This document shows, in pieces, positions 11,701 through 19,170 of a DNA stretch of 64,000 nucleotides. Numbering within the stretch: the first letter of the stretch is position 1; each line of letters begins with the position of its first letter. The stretch is from Bacteroidota bacterium (GTDB taxonomy: Bacteria; Bacteroidota; Ignavibacteria; Ignavibacteriales; Melioribacteraceae), in the NCBI GenBank assembly GCA_040755055.1, contig JBFMBS010000007.1, forward strand, positions 27,444 to 91,443, given 5' to 3'. The notes beneath the pieces were generated by a model. That model had not been told where the DNA came from and did not search any database. It saw nothing but the letters and a program-made list of their open reading frames with translations. The translations under genes were made by a program, and so were the position numbers.

Positions 11701-12310
11701 ATTCTCCGCCGATTGCTGCAACTTGATCGATGCTTCCATTTGATGTTGTGCTTACAAATAATTGTACCGGTATAGTGTTATCTAAATTCTTGGATTCTGT
11801 AATCTGGCTTAATGTGAAACTTGATATGATTACACGGCTTTCCATATCAAGGTACTGAACCATATTTACAACTTTTTGAACAACACCGGCAGCCGTGGTT
11901 TTAATTTCAATAACAACACCAATATTGTTGGAACTGTTTTTTGCCAGCATTAACGATTCGTATAAAGTTGGAATTTTTTCACCGGCAAATGCCGCACTAA
12001 ATTTTGATCCGGCATCGTAAGTGCGAAGCTGTGCATACGTTAGCGAGCTAACACTGCCCGTACCGGTTGTTGTTCTGTTTATTGTGTTATCATGCATAAT
12101 CATCAGGGAATCATCTGCAGAAATTTGAACATCCAGCTCAAAATAGTCAGCACCGATATCAATTGCATTTGAGAATGCTGCTAAAGTGTTTTCAGGGGCG
12201 AGTGCTGCACCGCCTCTGTGAGCAATGTTTGCCACCTGGGCTAAATTGCCCACGGGCACAAGCAATGCCAGCATAAATGTAGCTGTAAAAAATAACTTGA
12301 TCATTTTCAT
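8750..12310 (-). CDS. Secreted glycerophosphodiester phosphodiesterase (GDPD) domain protein with 2x [FN3 - Ig-like - LamG] and T9SS sorting domain
   Basis: Signal peptide. GDPD motif: AHRGGAALAPENTLAAFSNAIDIGADYFELDVQISADDSLMIMHDNTINRTT. FN3 elements: YNIYRD..YYYRIKA. LamG-like elements: LLFDGVDDYVEFP...WIHIVGVYDG...IYLNG...GSIDNV. The tail has LLQNYPNPFNPTTTINY...GVYFYRLKAG. Confidence 0.8.
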   Translation of the reverse strand: MKMIKLFFTATFMLALLVPVGNLAQVANIAHRGGAALAPENTLAAFSNAIDIGADYFELDVQISADDSLMIMHDNTINRTTTGTGSVSSLTYAQLRTYDAGSKFSAAFAGEKIPTLYESLMLAKNSSNNIGVVIEIKTTAAGVVQKVVNMVQYLDMESRVIISSFTLSQITESKNLDNTIPVQLFVSTTSNGSIDQVAAIGGEWIGSGGTVTTDFLNYAHSKNVKFNSWTINSASQMISLSQLGVDGITTDNPLTLQIVSDTTPPSDVVLSSATPSETKIALTWQAASDAESDITGYNIYRDVTPSPTTLLATVGDTTEFTDETYTETQTYYYRIKAINGAGLLSANFSNEVSAATTTDVTKPSLTNVTSNAEDNKIVVEFSERVDQTTAETKNNYTINKSVTVESALLALDQKSVILTTSALAADSYKLTVKNVKDKAAAPNTMVTTTAIFIHNSLPASTVAYYSIDAITQDSVLADASTNQNNGVLKNGPTLSEGFLGNALLFDGVDDYVEFPSSPSFDINGSAVTVSLWTKLEYLPADLPGAYGPLFDSNSDQYVLYEDKGNNELRFKVSTSSSAERPGIPGGNLTADEWIHIVGVYDGTYAKIYLNGVLQDSHQLTGTVKTGQVAWLGRSSTSSPSYFQGSIDNVLILNTALSREEVEDLYNSTKLAPVDPRPTDVVFTSAQLDDQYIKLQWQPVVNYESTVVGYEIYRDTQTEPTTLHATAANVLEFIDTDTEENKTYYYRIKAKNSSALLSANFSNELNAATGQDLFKPEILNTTSRAETTKLVVEFNEKVDQTTSETIANYTLDNATVSDAELALDQKSVILTTSVLSENTYTLIVKNVKDRASASNTMLPDTVKFTHKNLPENIIAYYSMDSIQSDSVLTDYTANANNGTLRNGTVLSEGLLGNALQFDGVDDYVQFPISTSFDIGGSAVTVSLWVNLNYLPAEMPGSFGPLFDSDGDQYVIYADKGNKELRFKVSTTAGAERPGIPETDLITGQWINVVGVYDGTKAMVYLNGVLKDSHNLTGDVKPGQEAWLGRSAKNSPSYFKGSMDNLQIFNRALSAEEIVENYEKIKTAAIRDIVSVEENGTELIPLRFALLQNYPNPFNPTTTINYHIAEIGNVQLTIYDILGREVSTLINEVKTPGKYEVKFNGSNLSSGVYFYRLKAGSFIDTKKFVLIK
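9071..11521 (-). repeat. Internal tandem duplication (~411 codons x 2) inside the GDPD gene
   Basis: Residues ~264-672 and ~675-1080 align over their full length. Examples: YYYRIKAINGAGLLSANFSNEVSAAT vs YYYRIKAKNSSALLSANFSNELNAAT; LDQKSVILTTS occurs in both; NALLFDGVDDYVEFP vs NALQFDGVDDYVQFP. Confidence 0.85.
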
Positions 12311-12431
12311 TGAACCTCCTTATAGATAATTTATTTTCGGCTAACTTTTTATTTCAAGATAAACCGGGATAATAAAATTCTGTGTGGATTGATCTTCTAA
12401 TTGAAAAGATATAAGATTGAATAAATTTCGA

Positions 12432-12455
12432 CAATCGCACGTTTGTGGTATTTGA
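12432..12455 (-). promoter_or_regulatory. Conserved near-palindromic box (copy 2) upstream of the GDPD gene
   Basis: The plus strand reads caatcgcacgtttgtggtatttga, about 120 nt upstream of the start at 12310. In gene orientation it is followed by TTGTCG, 17 nt, then TATCTT. Confidence 0.45.
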
Positions 12456-12575
12456 TAGAGCAGAGATTCTCAATACTGTAAAATGGTGGGTAAGCAGAAA
12501 TATTTTTTTTTCTGAAAATATCCTTCGTAATTGAAATTAGCAACTTATCGCTTAAAATAAAGAGAATATTTTTGT

Positions 12576-12670
12576 CCTTCGTGTATCTTTATATCTTCTT
12601 CTTGTTTCTTCGTGAAATGACAATTTTCTTACACGAAGTTCCGCGAAGTAGGCACGAAGACCCACGAAGT
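12576..12670. repeat. Word-array repeat (TTCGTG words followed by inverted CACGAAG words)
   Basis: ccttcgtg and tcttcgtg are followed by acacgaag, cgcgaag, gcacgaag and ccacgaag. The arrangement could fold into a long imperfect hairpin. It lies just downstream of the stop (12769) of the triple LamG-like gene, at the far end of the GDPD gene's upstream region. ORF 12572-12805 is only its translation. Confidence 0.6.
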
Positions 12671-12768
12671 TGTAAGATTTATGCTGCCATAGAACTTAAG
12701 ATGATTAGACGAAAGGTTTTTATGAAACCCTCTCCTAAAATTACCGGAGAGGGTCCCAGATGGAGAGG

Positions 12769-15009
12769 CTATTTGAGTAAAATTAATTTCTTAGATAAGG
12801 AATAATTATCACTAATCATTCTATATATATAAACTCCGGATGCTAATCTGCTGCCGTCAAAATTGATTGTATAATAACCGGCATTTTTGTATCCATTCTC
12901 TATAACCGATACTTCGTTGCCGAGTATGTCATATAGCTTGATAGTTACTTGTGATGCCTTAGGAACCGAATAATTAATTGTCGTAGAAGGATTAAACGGG
13001 TTAGGATAGTTTTGCGATAGTGAATACTCAGTCGGAATTTTATTTGTAGATTCACCAACATCACTGATGACATGACCATAACCGCCAAGTGCAGTCACTT
13101 CACTGCTTGATAGCGCATAATTATAAATAGCAAGTTCAGCACAATCGATAATATCGTCTTCACCGTTTTCGTCGGCAAAAATTAAAAGTTCGCTGCCAAG
13201 AGCAAAACGCCCGTCTATTTGCTGAACTGTTCCGCTCAAAGCTAATGTGCCGTCAAGATAAATTAAGTAATGTGAAGCATTAAGAACCGAAACAACCATG
13301 CGGTACCATTCGTTGGGAATAATGGAATATTCGGTATAGCCGGTAGCTTGTACTCCAACCTTGCCGGAAGTATTAATGAAGCAATCGCCGTCATTAACAT
13401 TACCGGTGTTTGTCTGGAAGAAACAATGCCAGTTATCTAATGACGGAACTCTGAAATCGAAAAGTAATGTGTATTCGTTTACTGAAAATCCGCCGCCGTT
13501 GGGCAAGATACCATGATTCATTACGTAGTAACTTCCTATGCCGACTCTTGTAGCATAATTAGTTGGAGTAGGACCATCCATTGGTTCGTCATCGCCTACT
13601 AAAGTTAATGGCTGTCCGTTACCATCCGAAACTAAAAGATCAAATGGATTATCGAATGTCCATCTGCCGACTAATTTTTTTTCAACCGAACCGCCATTAG
13701 TTAAGTCATGACCAAAACCGCCTAACTGAGCAGCTTCGGATTCAGTAACGGCTATATCCCACATTCCGATTTCAGCAACATCGATTAGTCCATCATCACC
13801 ATCATTATCTCCAAACAGAATTATTTTATTTGCAAGCGCGAATCTGCTGTCAACGGATTGAACATTTGCTTCAAGAAGAAGCTGCCCATCAAGATAATAT
13901 CTGTAATGAGTACCATTCTTGACTGAAATAACCAAACGATACCATTCATTGGCAAGGACTTTGTATCCGCCATAACCGGTAGCGGCGGTTCCTATTTGTC
14001 CATCGGGATTTATAAAGCAATCGCCATCGCTTGTATTTGTTGTATCTGTTTGGAAGAACGTTCTCCATTTGTTGAGTTCGGAAACTTTGAAATCGAATTT
14101 TAATGTATATTCATTAACAAGATTTCCGCCGCCGTTGGCATTGATACCGTGGTTTACTTCATAATAACTACCTACATCAATTCTTACAGCTTTGTTGGTA
14201 GGTGTTGGGCCCTCGACGGATGAATGAGAACCGGTTAATTCTAAATCGTTTCCGTAATAAGCTTCCGTTAAACTGGATTCATAATCAAATTTCCAGAGAT
14301 TGACCGGCTGTAAATCTGCTTTTGGTAATTCGTGTCCGTAACCTCCAAGTGAAAGTATCTGCCCGCTTGTGAGAGCTGTATTCCAAATGGCAAGTTCCGC
14401 ACAATCAATTTCATTATCCTCGCCGTCTTCGTCTGCAAAAACTAACAAGATATCATCGAGAGCGAATCTTCCATCAATTGATTGAACAGTACCATCTAAT
14501 AATAATTGACCATCGAGATAGTATTTATAAAAAACTCCGTTTTTTACAGATACAACCAAACGGTACCATTCGTTAGGACTAATTGAAAATGAGCTGTACC
14601 CGGTAGCGGCAACACCAATCATTTCGGATGGATTAATAAAACAATCGCCGTCATTGGAATTGGTTGCACTTGTCTGAAACAGTGCATGCCACAAACTGAT
14701 TTCAGTTATCCGGATATCCATTTGTAAAGTGTACTCATTAACTAAAGTGTCCGGCGAGGGTGTGATACCGTGAGTCATCTTATAATGACTGCCAATTCCA
14801 ATATGAGTAGCACCGTTTTCCGCTGAGGGTCCGGAAACCGCTTCTTGAACTCCTACTAATTCCAATGCATTTCCAATTTCTGCTTTTGTAATGTTTGCAG
14901 CGTCATCGAATTTCCACCAGCCGGAACGCGTTGGAACTTGTGCTTGTGCTAACGAGAGAACTAAAAAGAAAATCATCAAACAATTAGTAATGAAAATGTT
15001 TTTTCTCAT
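12769..15009 (-). CDS. Secreted protein with three tandem LamG/ConA-like modules and T9SS sorting domain
   Basis: Signal peptide MRKNIFITNCLMIFFLVLSLAQA. Three ~200-aa repeats (aa ~31-226, 238-434, 449-646) share WKFD, NEYTL, FQT..N..DGDCFIN, ATGY, NEWYR.V.SV.N, YLDG, DGRFAL, IDCAE and GGYGH. The tail has SQNYPNPFNPSTTINY...GVYIYR. The LamG assignment rests on sequence resemblance only. Confidence 0.7.
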   Translation of the reverse strand: MRKNIFITNCLMIFFLVLSLAQAQVPTRSGWWKFDDAANITKAEIGNALELVGVQEAVSGPSAENGATHIGIGSHYKMTHGITPSPDTLVNEYTLQMDIRITEISLWHALFQTSATNSNDGDCFINPSEMIGVAATGYSSFSISPNEWYRLVVSVKNGVFYKYYLDGQLLLDGTVQSIDGRFALDDILLVFADEDGEDNEIDCAELAIWNTALTSGQILSLGGYGHELPKADLQPVNLWKFDYESSLTEAYYGNDLELTGSHSSVEGPTPTNKAVRIDVGSYYEVNHGINANGGGNLVNEYTLKFDFKVSELNKWRTFFQTDTTNTSDGDCFINPDGQIGTAATGYGGYKVLANEWYRLVISVKNGTHYRYYLDGQLLLEANVQSVDSRFALANKIILFGDNDGDDGLIDVAEIGMWDIAVTESEAAQLGGFGHDLTNGGSVEKKLVGRWTFDNPFDLLVSDGNGQPLTLVGDDEPMDGPTPTNYATRVGIGSYYVMNHGILPNGGGFSVNEYTLLFDFRVPSLDNWHCFFQTNTGNVNDGDCFINTSGKVGVQATGYTEYSIIPNEWYRMVVSVLNASHYLIYLDGTLALSGTVQQIDGRFALGSELLIFADENGEDDIIDCAELAIYNYALSSSEVTALGGYGHVISDVGESTNKIPTEYSLSQNYPNPFNPSTTINYSVPKASQVTIKLYDILGNEVSVIENGYKNAGYYTINFDGSRLASGVYIYRMISDNYSLSKKLILLK

Positions 15010-15101
15010 GATCCACCTTTTAAGTGATAATTGAGCTAACAGTTGTAATGGATTAATAAAAATTTTACCAAATATAATTTAGAAGGGGGATTAAAAAGCC
15101 A

Positions 15102-15125
15102 CAATCGCACGAACGTGGTATTCGA
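15102..15125 (-). promoter_or_regulatory. Conserved near-palindromic box (copy 3) upstream of the triple LamG-like gene
   Basis: The plus strand reads caatcgcacgaacgtggtattcga. It lies ~93 nt upstream of the start at 15009 and 6 nt after the response-regulator stop. In gene orientation it is followed by TTGTGG, 17 nt, then TAAATT. Confidence 0.45.
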
Positions 15126-15130
15126 CGGAA

Positions 15131-15781
15131 CTACAGTAAATTTTCTTTATATACTTTTGAAACAGCACCGGAACGGGTATTAACGTGAAGTTTATGATAG
15201 ATGTTTTTTATATGTGTGTTTACAGTATGAAAACTAAGGAATAGTTTATCGGCTATTTGCTGTTTTGTTAAGCCGGAAATTAAAAGCTGGAGTATCTCTT
15301 TCTCACGATCGGTTAGACCGTAATCCGTCTTTTTAGTTTTAAAGCGGCTGAACATTTCCAATACTTTATGGGCAATTTTCATATTCATTGGCGCTCCGCC
15401 GGCAAGTACTTCTTTTATCGAATCAATTATCTTTTCCGGCGGCGAATCTTTTAGTAAGTAACCGGATGCACCGTTACAGAGCGCTTCAAACACATTATCG
15501 TTGTCGTCATAAACTGTTAGGATTAATATGTGTGTGGAAGGGAAGATAGTTTTAAATTTATCGATGCCTTTGATACCGCTCATTCCCGGCAGACCTATAT
15601 CCATCAAAATAATTTCCGGCGCTTCTATTTCCGAAACACTATTTAATGCATCCTCGCAAGATGTGAAAGCATTTGTACATTTCATGCCTTCGGTTCTATT
15701 TATTAAACCGTACAATGTTCTTTGATAGCTAATGTTATCTTCGATAATAAGGACGTTAATCATTACTGTATTTTTTTTCAT
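15131..15781 (-). CDS. NarL/FixJ-type response regulator (REC + LuxR-type HTH)
   Basis: The receiver has VLIIEDN, ILMDIGLPGMSG and a later K. The C-terminal part, LTDREKEILQLLISGLTKQQIADKLFLSFHTVNTHIKNIYHKLHV, is a LuxR-family HTH. Confidence 0.9.
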   Translation of the reverse strand: MKKNTVMINVLIIEDNISYQRTLYGLINRTEGMKCTNAFTSCEDALNSVSEIEAPEIILMDIGLPGMSGIKGIDKFKTIFPSTHILILTVYDDNDNVFEALCNGASGYLLKDSPPEKIIDSIKEVLAGGAPMNMKIAHKVLEMFSRFKTKKTDYGLTDREKEILQLLISGLTKQQIADKLFLSFHTVNTHIKNIYHKLHVNTRSGAVSKVYKENLL

Positions 15782-15821
15782 TAATCTATGGTAAAAGATA
15801 AATTTTAAAATAGTATAAATT

Positions 15822-18800
15822 CTATACCACGTTCGTGCGATTCTTCTTTAGAAATTTTATTGATCTGAGAAATTCCCGGTAATCGTGAAGTTGTATTCTA
15901 AGTTCTATTGTCGTACCGATATTTACTTCACTTTTAATAAGTAAATCGGCGTGAATTTTCCCGGCTCTTCTTTTCATGTTTATCAGCCCGAAATTTTCAC
16001 TTGCATTGTCAATATCAAATCCTTTCCCGTTGTCTTTAATCCTTAAGATAAAATATTTTTGATCCGAGAGTAGTTCAATAGTGCATTTATTTGCATCGGC
16101 ATGGCGGATAACATTTGTAATAGCTTCCTTGAAAAGAAGGAAAATGTTACGCCTAATTTCAAGGTTAAATATTTCTAAGTTGATATCATCCTGAATAAAA
16201 ATATCCCAATTTATGTTGGAAAGAATTTTTGCTGCTGTTTCTTTAATTCTAAAAATAAAATTTTCGTTCAAGTCGTTTTTAGGATTAATAAACCAAATGA
16301 TATCCCTGAACGATTCTATCGTAACCTTAGCGGTTTTGCTGATGTTGGTTGATAGTTCCTTTTCGGTATTGGTAATAGAATTACTTGAAATCAGCGATTG
16401 ACTGTCCACGCTTATACTGCTCAGGTTGCTTCCGACTTCGTCATGAAGATCGCTTGCTATGTTTAAACGTATTCTTTCAATTTGCAGTAGTTGGTTCATC
16501 CGGTATTTGTAAATTGCAAAACCGGCACTTATTAAAAATAATACGGCAATTATTTTAAACCATAGAGTATTCCACCAGGAAGGTTTGATTATAATTTTTA
16601 GTAAAATTGGGTTGCCCCAATAACCATCTGCATTTGCTGCCTTAACAAGAAATTTGTACTCACCATATTTTATATCGGTATAAAAAGCCGTAGTTCTGTT
16701 ACCGGCTTGCACCCAAACCGGGTCGATTCCTTCCAGCATGTACATGTATTTATGTTTACTTTCCGGGAATAGGTCCAGTGCAATAAATTCTATCGAGAAA
16801 AAGTTTTGGTAATGTTCCAACACAATTTCTTTGGTTGTTGAAAGCGAATGCCGCAATGGAGTTTCAATATCGAATACCTTGAATGATGTTAAAATAACCG
16901 TTGGGGCGTTTTGGTCTATTGTTATTGAATCGGGATTAAAAGAAACAAATCCATCAATACCGCCGAAATACATTTTACCGTTTTTACTTTTGTAATAAGC
17001 ATGCCAATTGAATTGGTTATTAACTATGCCGTCATTCTTATCATATACTCTGTAATTACCGGTGTTAGGGTTGTATCTAACCAACCCGTTCATTGTACTA
17101 ATCCATAAATTATCTTTCTCGTCTTCAAGTATGCCGAAAACAACGTCATTCGGGAGCCCATTCAAAGTTGTGAAGTGATAAAATTTATTTTCCTTTTTAT
17201 CAAATTTATTTACACCGCCGCTGTGGGTGCCGAGCCAGATGAATCCTTTGCTGTCTTCAATTATTGAAGTGATTTTATTTGATGTAATTGAATACTCTTT
17301 TCTATCTGGTAGAAAATTATAGAGCATTTTTGAATCGGGATCATAACGGTAAAGCCCGTTCAGCCACGTGCCAATCCATAAATTGTTTTTGCTGTCTTCA
17401 TATAAAGCATTGATGGAAACGGTATCCGGGAATTTAATTGAGTTACTGGATAATACCGGTTTGAACGGATAAAATTTTTCTTTTTCACGATCAAAAATTT
17501 GGAGTGCATCATTAGTGCCGATAAGAAAAGTTCCGTCATGTGTTTCTAAAATTTGTTGTACCCAATTTGTTCTAATTCCATATTGGTTAGTTGGATCAAA
17601 CACATAATGTTTAAATGATTTTGTTCGTTTGTCAAACCGGTTAAGTCCGCCGTCATTTGTACCGATCCATAAAATGCCTTCCTTATCTTCATAAAGTGTT
17701 ATCACATCATTCGCAAACAGACTGTTTCTATTATTAGGATCATTTTTGTAATGAGTAATGATGCCGGTTTTAAGATTATAACCATCAAAACCATTTCCGT
17801 TGTAACCGATCCATAACAAATTATCTTTTCCTTCAATAATATTGCTTACAACTCTGCCCCCCAGACTATTTTTTCTTAAAGGCATGTAGCGGTGCTGTGT
17901 AAAAGATTTGGTAGAAGCAAGTTTGCCTAACCCATCTTCCGTTCCCAACCAAATATTCCCGATCTTATCTTCGTATATCCATCTTATCCGGTCGCATAAA
18001 AGCGAGTTCGGATCATCTTCTTCGTTTCTCAAATGAATTAACTGCAAATTGTTCGAATCGTTTTTTTCTAAAAGGTAAAGACCTTGGTAGTTGTAAGTCC
18101 CGATCCAGATTTTGCCTTTAGAGTCTTTAGTTAACTGTCTTATCGAACCGTAAAAATCCCGGTATCGGTCTTTTGGTATATAAGGATTAGAAATTATTTT
18201 TTTTGTGCCGAGATCAATTTTATCTAAACCGCTGTCGGTACAAATTATCATGGAGTTGTTGTTATCTTTGACTAAAAGCCAGACTGCATTATTGCTGATA
18301 GAATTTTTATTGCCGGGGTTATGCTGAAAAATTTCATAATCTTTTGTTTGAGTGTTGAACCTTAATATTCCCTTAGTCCAGGAACTGATCCAAAGATTAT
18401 TTTTTTCATCTTCAATGACAGATGTGATATTATTATCTAAAATTTTACCCGGTATTTTGTACTTATCTTTTAAGTAAAATATTTTGGAAGATTTTGGATT
18501 ATAGTAGTACAAACTGTTGTTGGCAGAGCCAACTAATATGTTGCCTTCTTTGTCTTCATCGATGAATTGTATGTAACTGTTGGAAGACTTCTCCAATTTT
18601 TCAAATGATTCATAGGTAGGATTGTATTTACACAGACCTCTGCCCCAGGTGCCAACCCAAAGTGTTTTATCTTTACTTTCGTATAAGTACATGATATAGT
18701 TCTCGGGTAAGGAGAGTGAATCATTCGGATTATGTTTGAACACTTTAAAATTATTGCCGTCGAACCTATTGAGACCGTCTTTCGTTGCAATCCATAAATA

Positions 18801-18965
18801 ACCGTCCGCTGTTTGGATAACGCAATTAACCGAGTTGTTGGATAATCCATCTTGAATATTGAAATGTTCAAACTGGTAAGTTGTTAGCTGGGGATAAGCC
18901 GTGCAATAACCAAGAATTAAAATTAATATTGAGTGCTTTAGGAAAGTCAATATTATTTTCTCCAA
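15822..18965 (-). CDS. Sensor histidine kinase with periplasmic two-component-regulator propeller repeats + Y_Y_Y domain, one TM, HisKA_3 and HATPase
   Basis: Many repeats of the form D..G.LWIGT..GL..F/Y. A Y_Y_Y-like region has GEYKFLVKAANADGYW. TM segment: WFKIIAVLFLISAGFAIY. The H-box ASDLHDEVGSNLSSI is HisKA_3, the NarL-partner type. The ATPase region has IKDNGKGF. Confidence 0.85.
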   Translation of the reverse strand: MEKIILTFLKHSILILILGYCTAYPQLTTYQFEHFNIQDGLSNNSVNCVIQTADGYLWIATKDGLNRFDGNNFKVFKHNPNDSLSLPENYIMYLYESKDKTLWVGTWGRGLCKYNPTYESFEKLEKSSNSYIQFIDEDKEGNILVGSANNSLYYYNPKSSKIFYLKDKYKIPGKILDNNITSVIEDEKNNLWISSWTKGILRFNTQTKDYEIFQHNPGNKNSISNNAVWLLVKDNNNSMIICTDSGLDKIDLGTKKIISNPYIPKDRYRDFYGSIRQLTKDSKGKIWIGTYNYQGLYLLEKNDSNNLQLIHLRNEEDDPNSLLCDRIRWIYEDKIGNIWLGTEDGLGKLASTKSFTQHRYMPLRKNSLGGRVVSNIIEGKDNLLWIGYNGNGFDGYNLKTGIITHYKNDPNNRNSLFANDVITLYEDKEGILWIGTNDGGLNRFDKRTKSFKHYVFDPTNQYGIRTNWVQQILETHDGTFLIGTNDALQIFDREKEKFYPFKPVLSSNSIKFPDTVSINALYEDSKNNLWIGTWLNGLYRYDPDSKMLYNFLPDRKEYSITSNKITSIIEDSKGFIWLGTHSGGVNKFDKKENKFYHFTTLNGLPNDVVFGILEDEKDNLWISTMNGLVRYNPNTGNYRVYDKNDGIVNNQFNWHAYYKSKNGKMYFGGIDGFVSFNPDSITIDQNAPTVILTSFKVFDIETPLRHSLSTTKEIVLEHYQNFFSIEFIALDLFPESKHKYMYMLEGIDPVWVQAGNRTTAFYTDIKYGEYKFLVKAANADGYWGNPILLKIIIKPSWWNTLWFKIIAVLFLISAGFAIYKYRMNQLLQIERIRLNIASDLHDEVGSNLSSISVDSQSLISSNSITNTEKELSTNISKTAKVTIESFRDIIWFINPKNDLNENFIFRIKETAAKILSNINWDIFIQDDINLEIFNLEIRRNIFLLFKEAITNVIRHADANKCTIELLSDQKYFILRIKDNGKGFDIDNASENFGLINMKRRAGKIHADLLIKSEVNIGTTIELRIQLHDYREFLRSIKFLKKNRTNVV
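15823..15842 (-). promoter_or_regulatory. Conserved near-palindromic box (copy 4, opposite orientation) upstream of the response-regulator gene
   Basis: The plus strand reads tataccacgttcgtgcgatt, the reverse complement of copy 3 at 18 of 20 positions. It lies ~42 nt upstream of the regulator start and overlaps the last codons of the kinase ORF. Confidence 0.4.
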
Positions 18966-19170
18966 TGAGCTACCTAATATTAACCAAAAAAAGTTTTTTT
19001 AGCTTAAAAAATATTATGACGGATTCATCGAGCAAATTGCTCGATCGACAAATAATATCCGGCAAAAGGTGATTGTGAATTAATCAGTCGGGGAATGTTT
19101 TAGTCGTAGTAGGAATCATCTATTAGAAGTTGTGGACCAAACCTGGGTTCGATCCACAACAATTTGTATA

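Noticed and set aside
12572-12805. 77-aa plus-strand ORF (..HEVPRSRHEDPRSCK..)
   Set aside because: It is simply the translation of the TTCGTG/CACGAAG word array, and it overlaps the 3' end of the triple-LamG gene. It has low complexity and no start context.
19128-19165. tRNA-like string cctgggttcgatccacaac (T-arm-like GGTTCGATCC) downstream of the lipoprotein gene
   Set aside because: No complementary T-stem, acceptor stem or anticodon arm can be drawn on either strand. The region forms only a simple GTTGTGGA/TCCACAAC hairpin. At most it is a terminator or a tRNA remnant.
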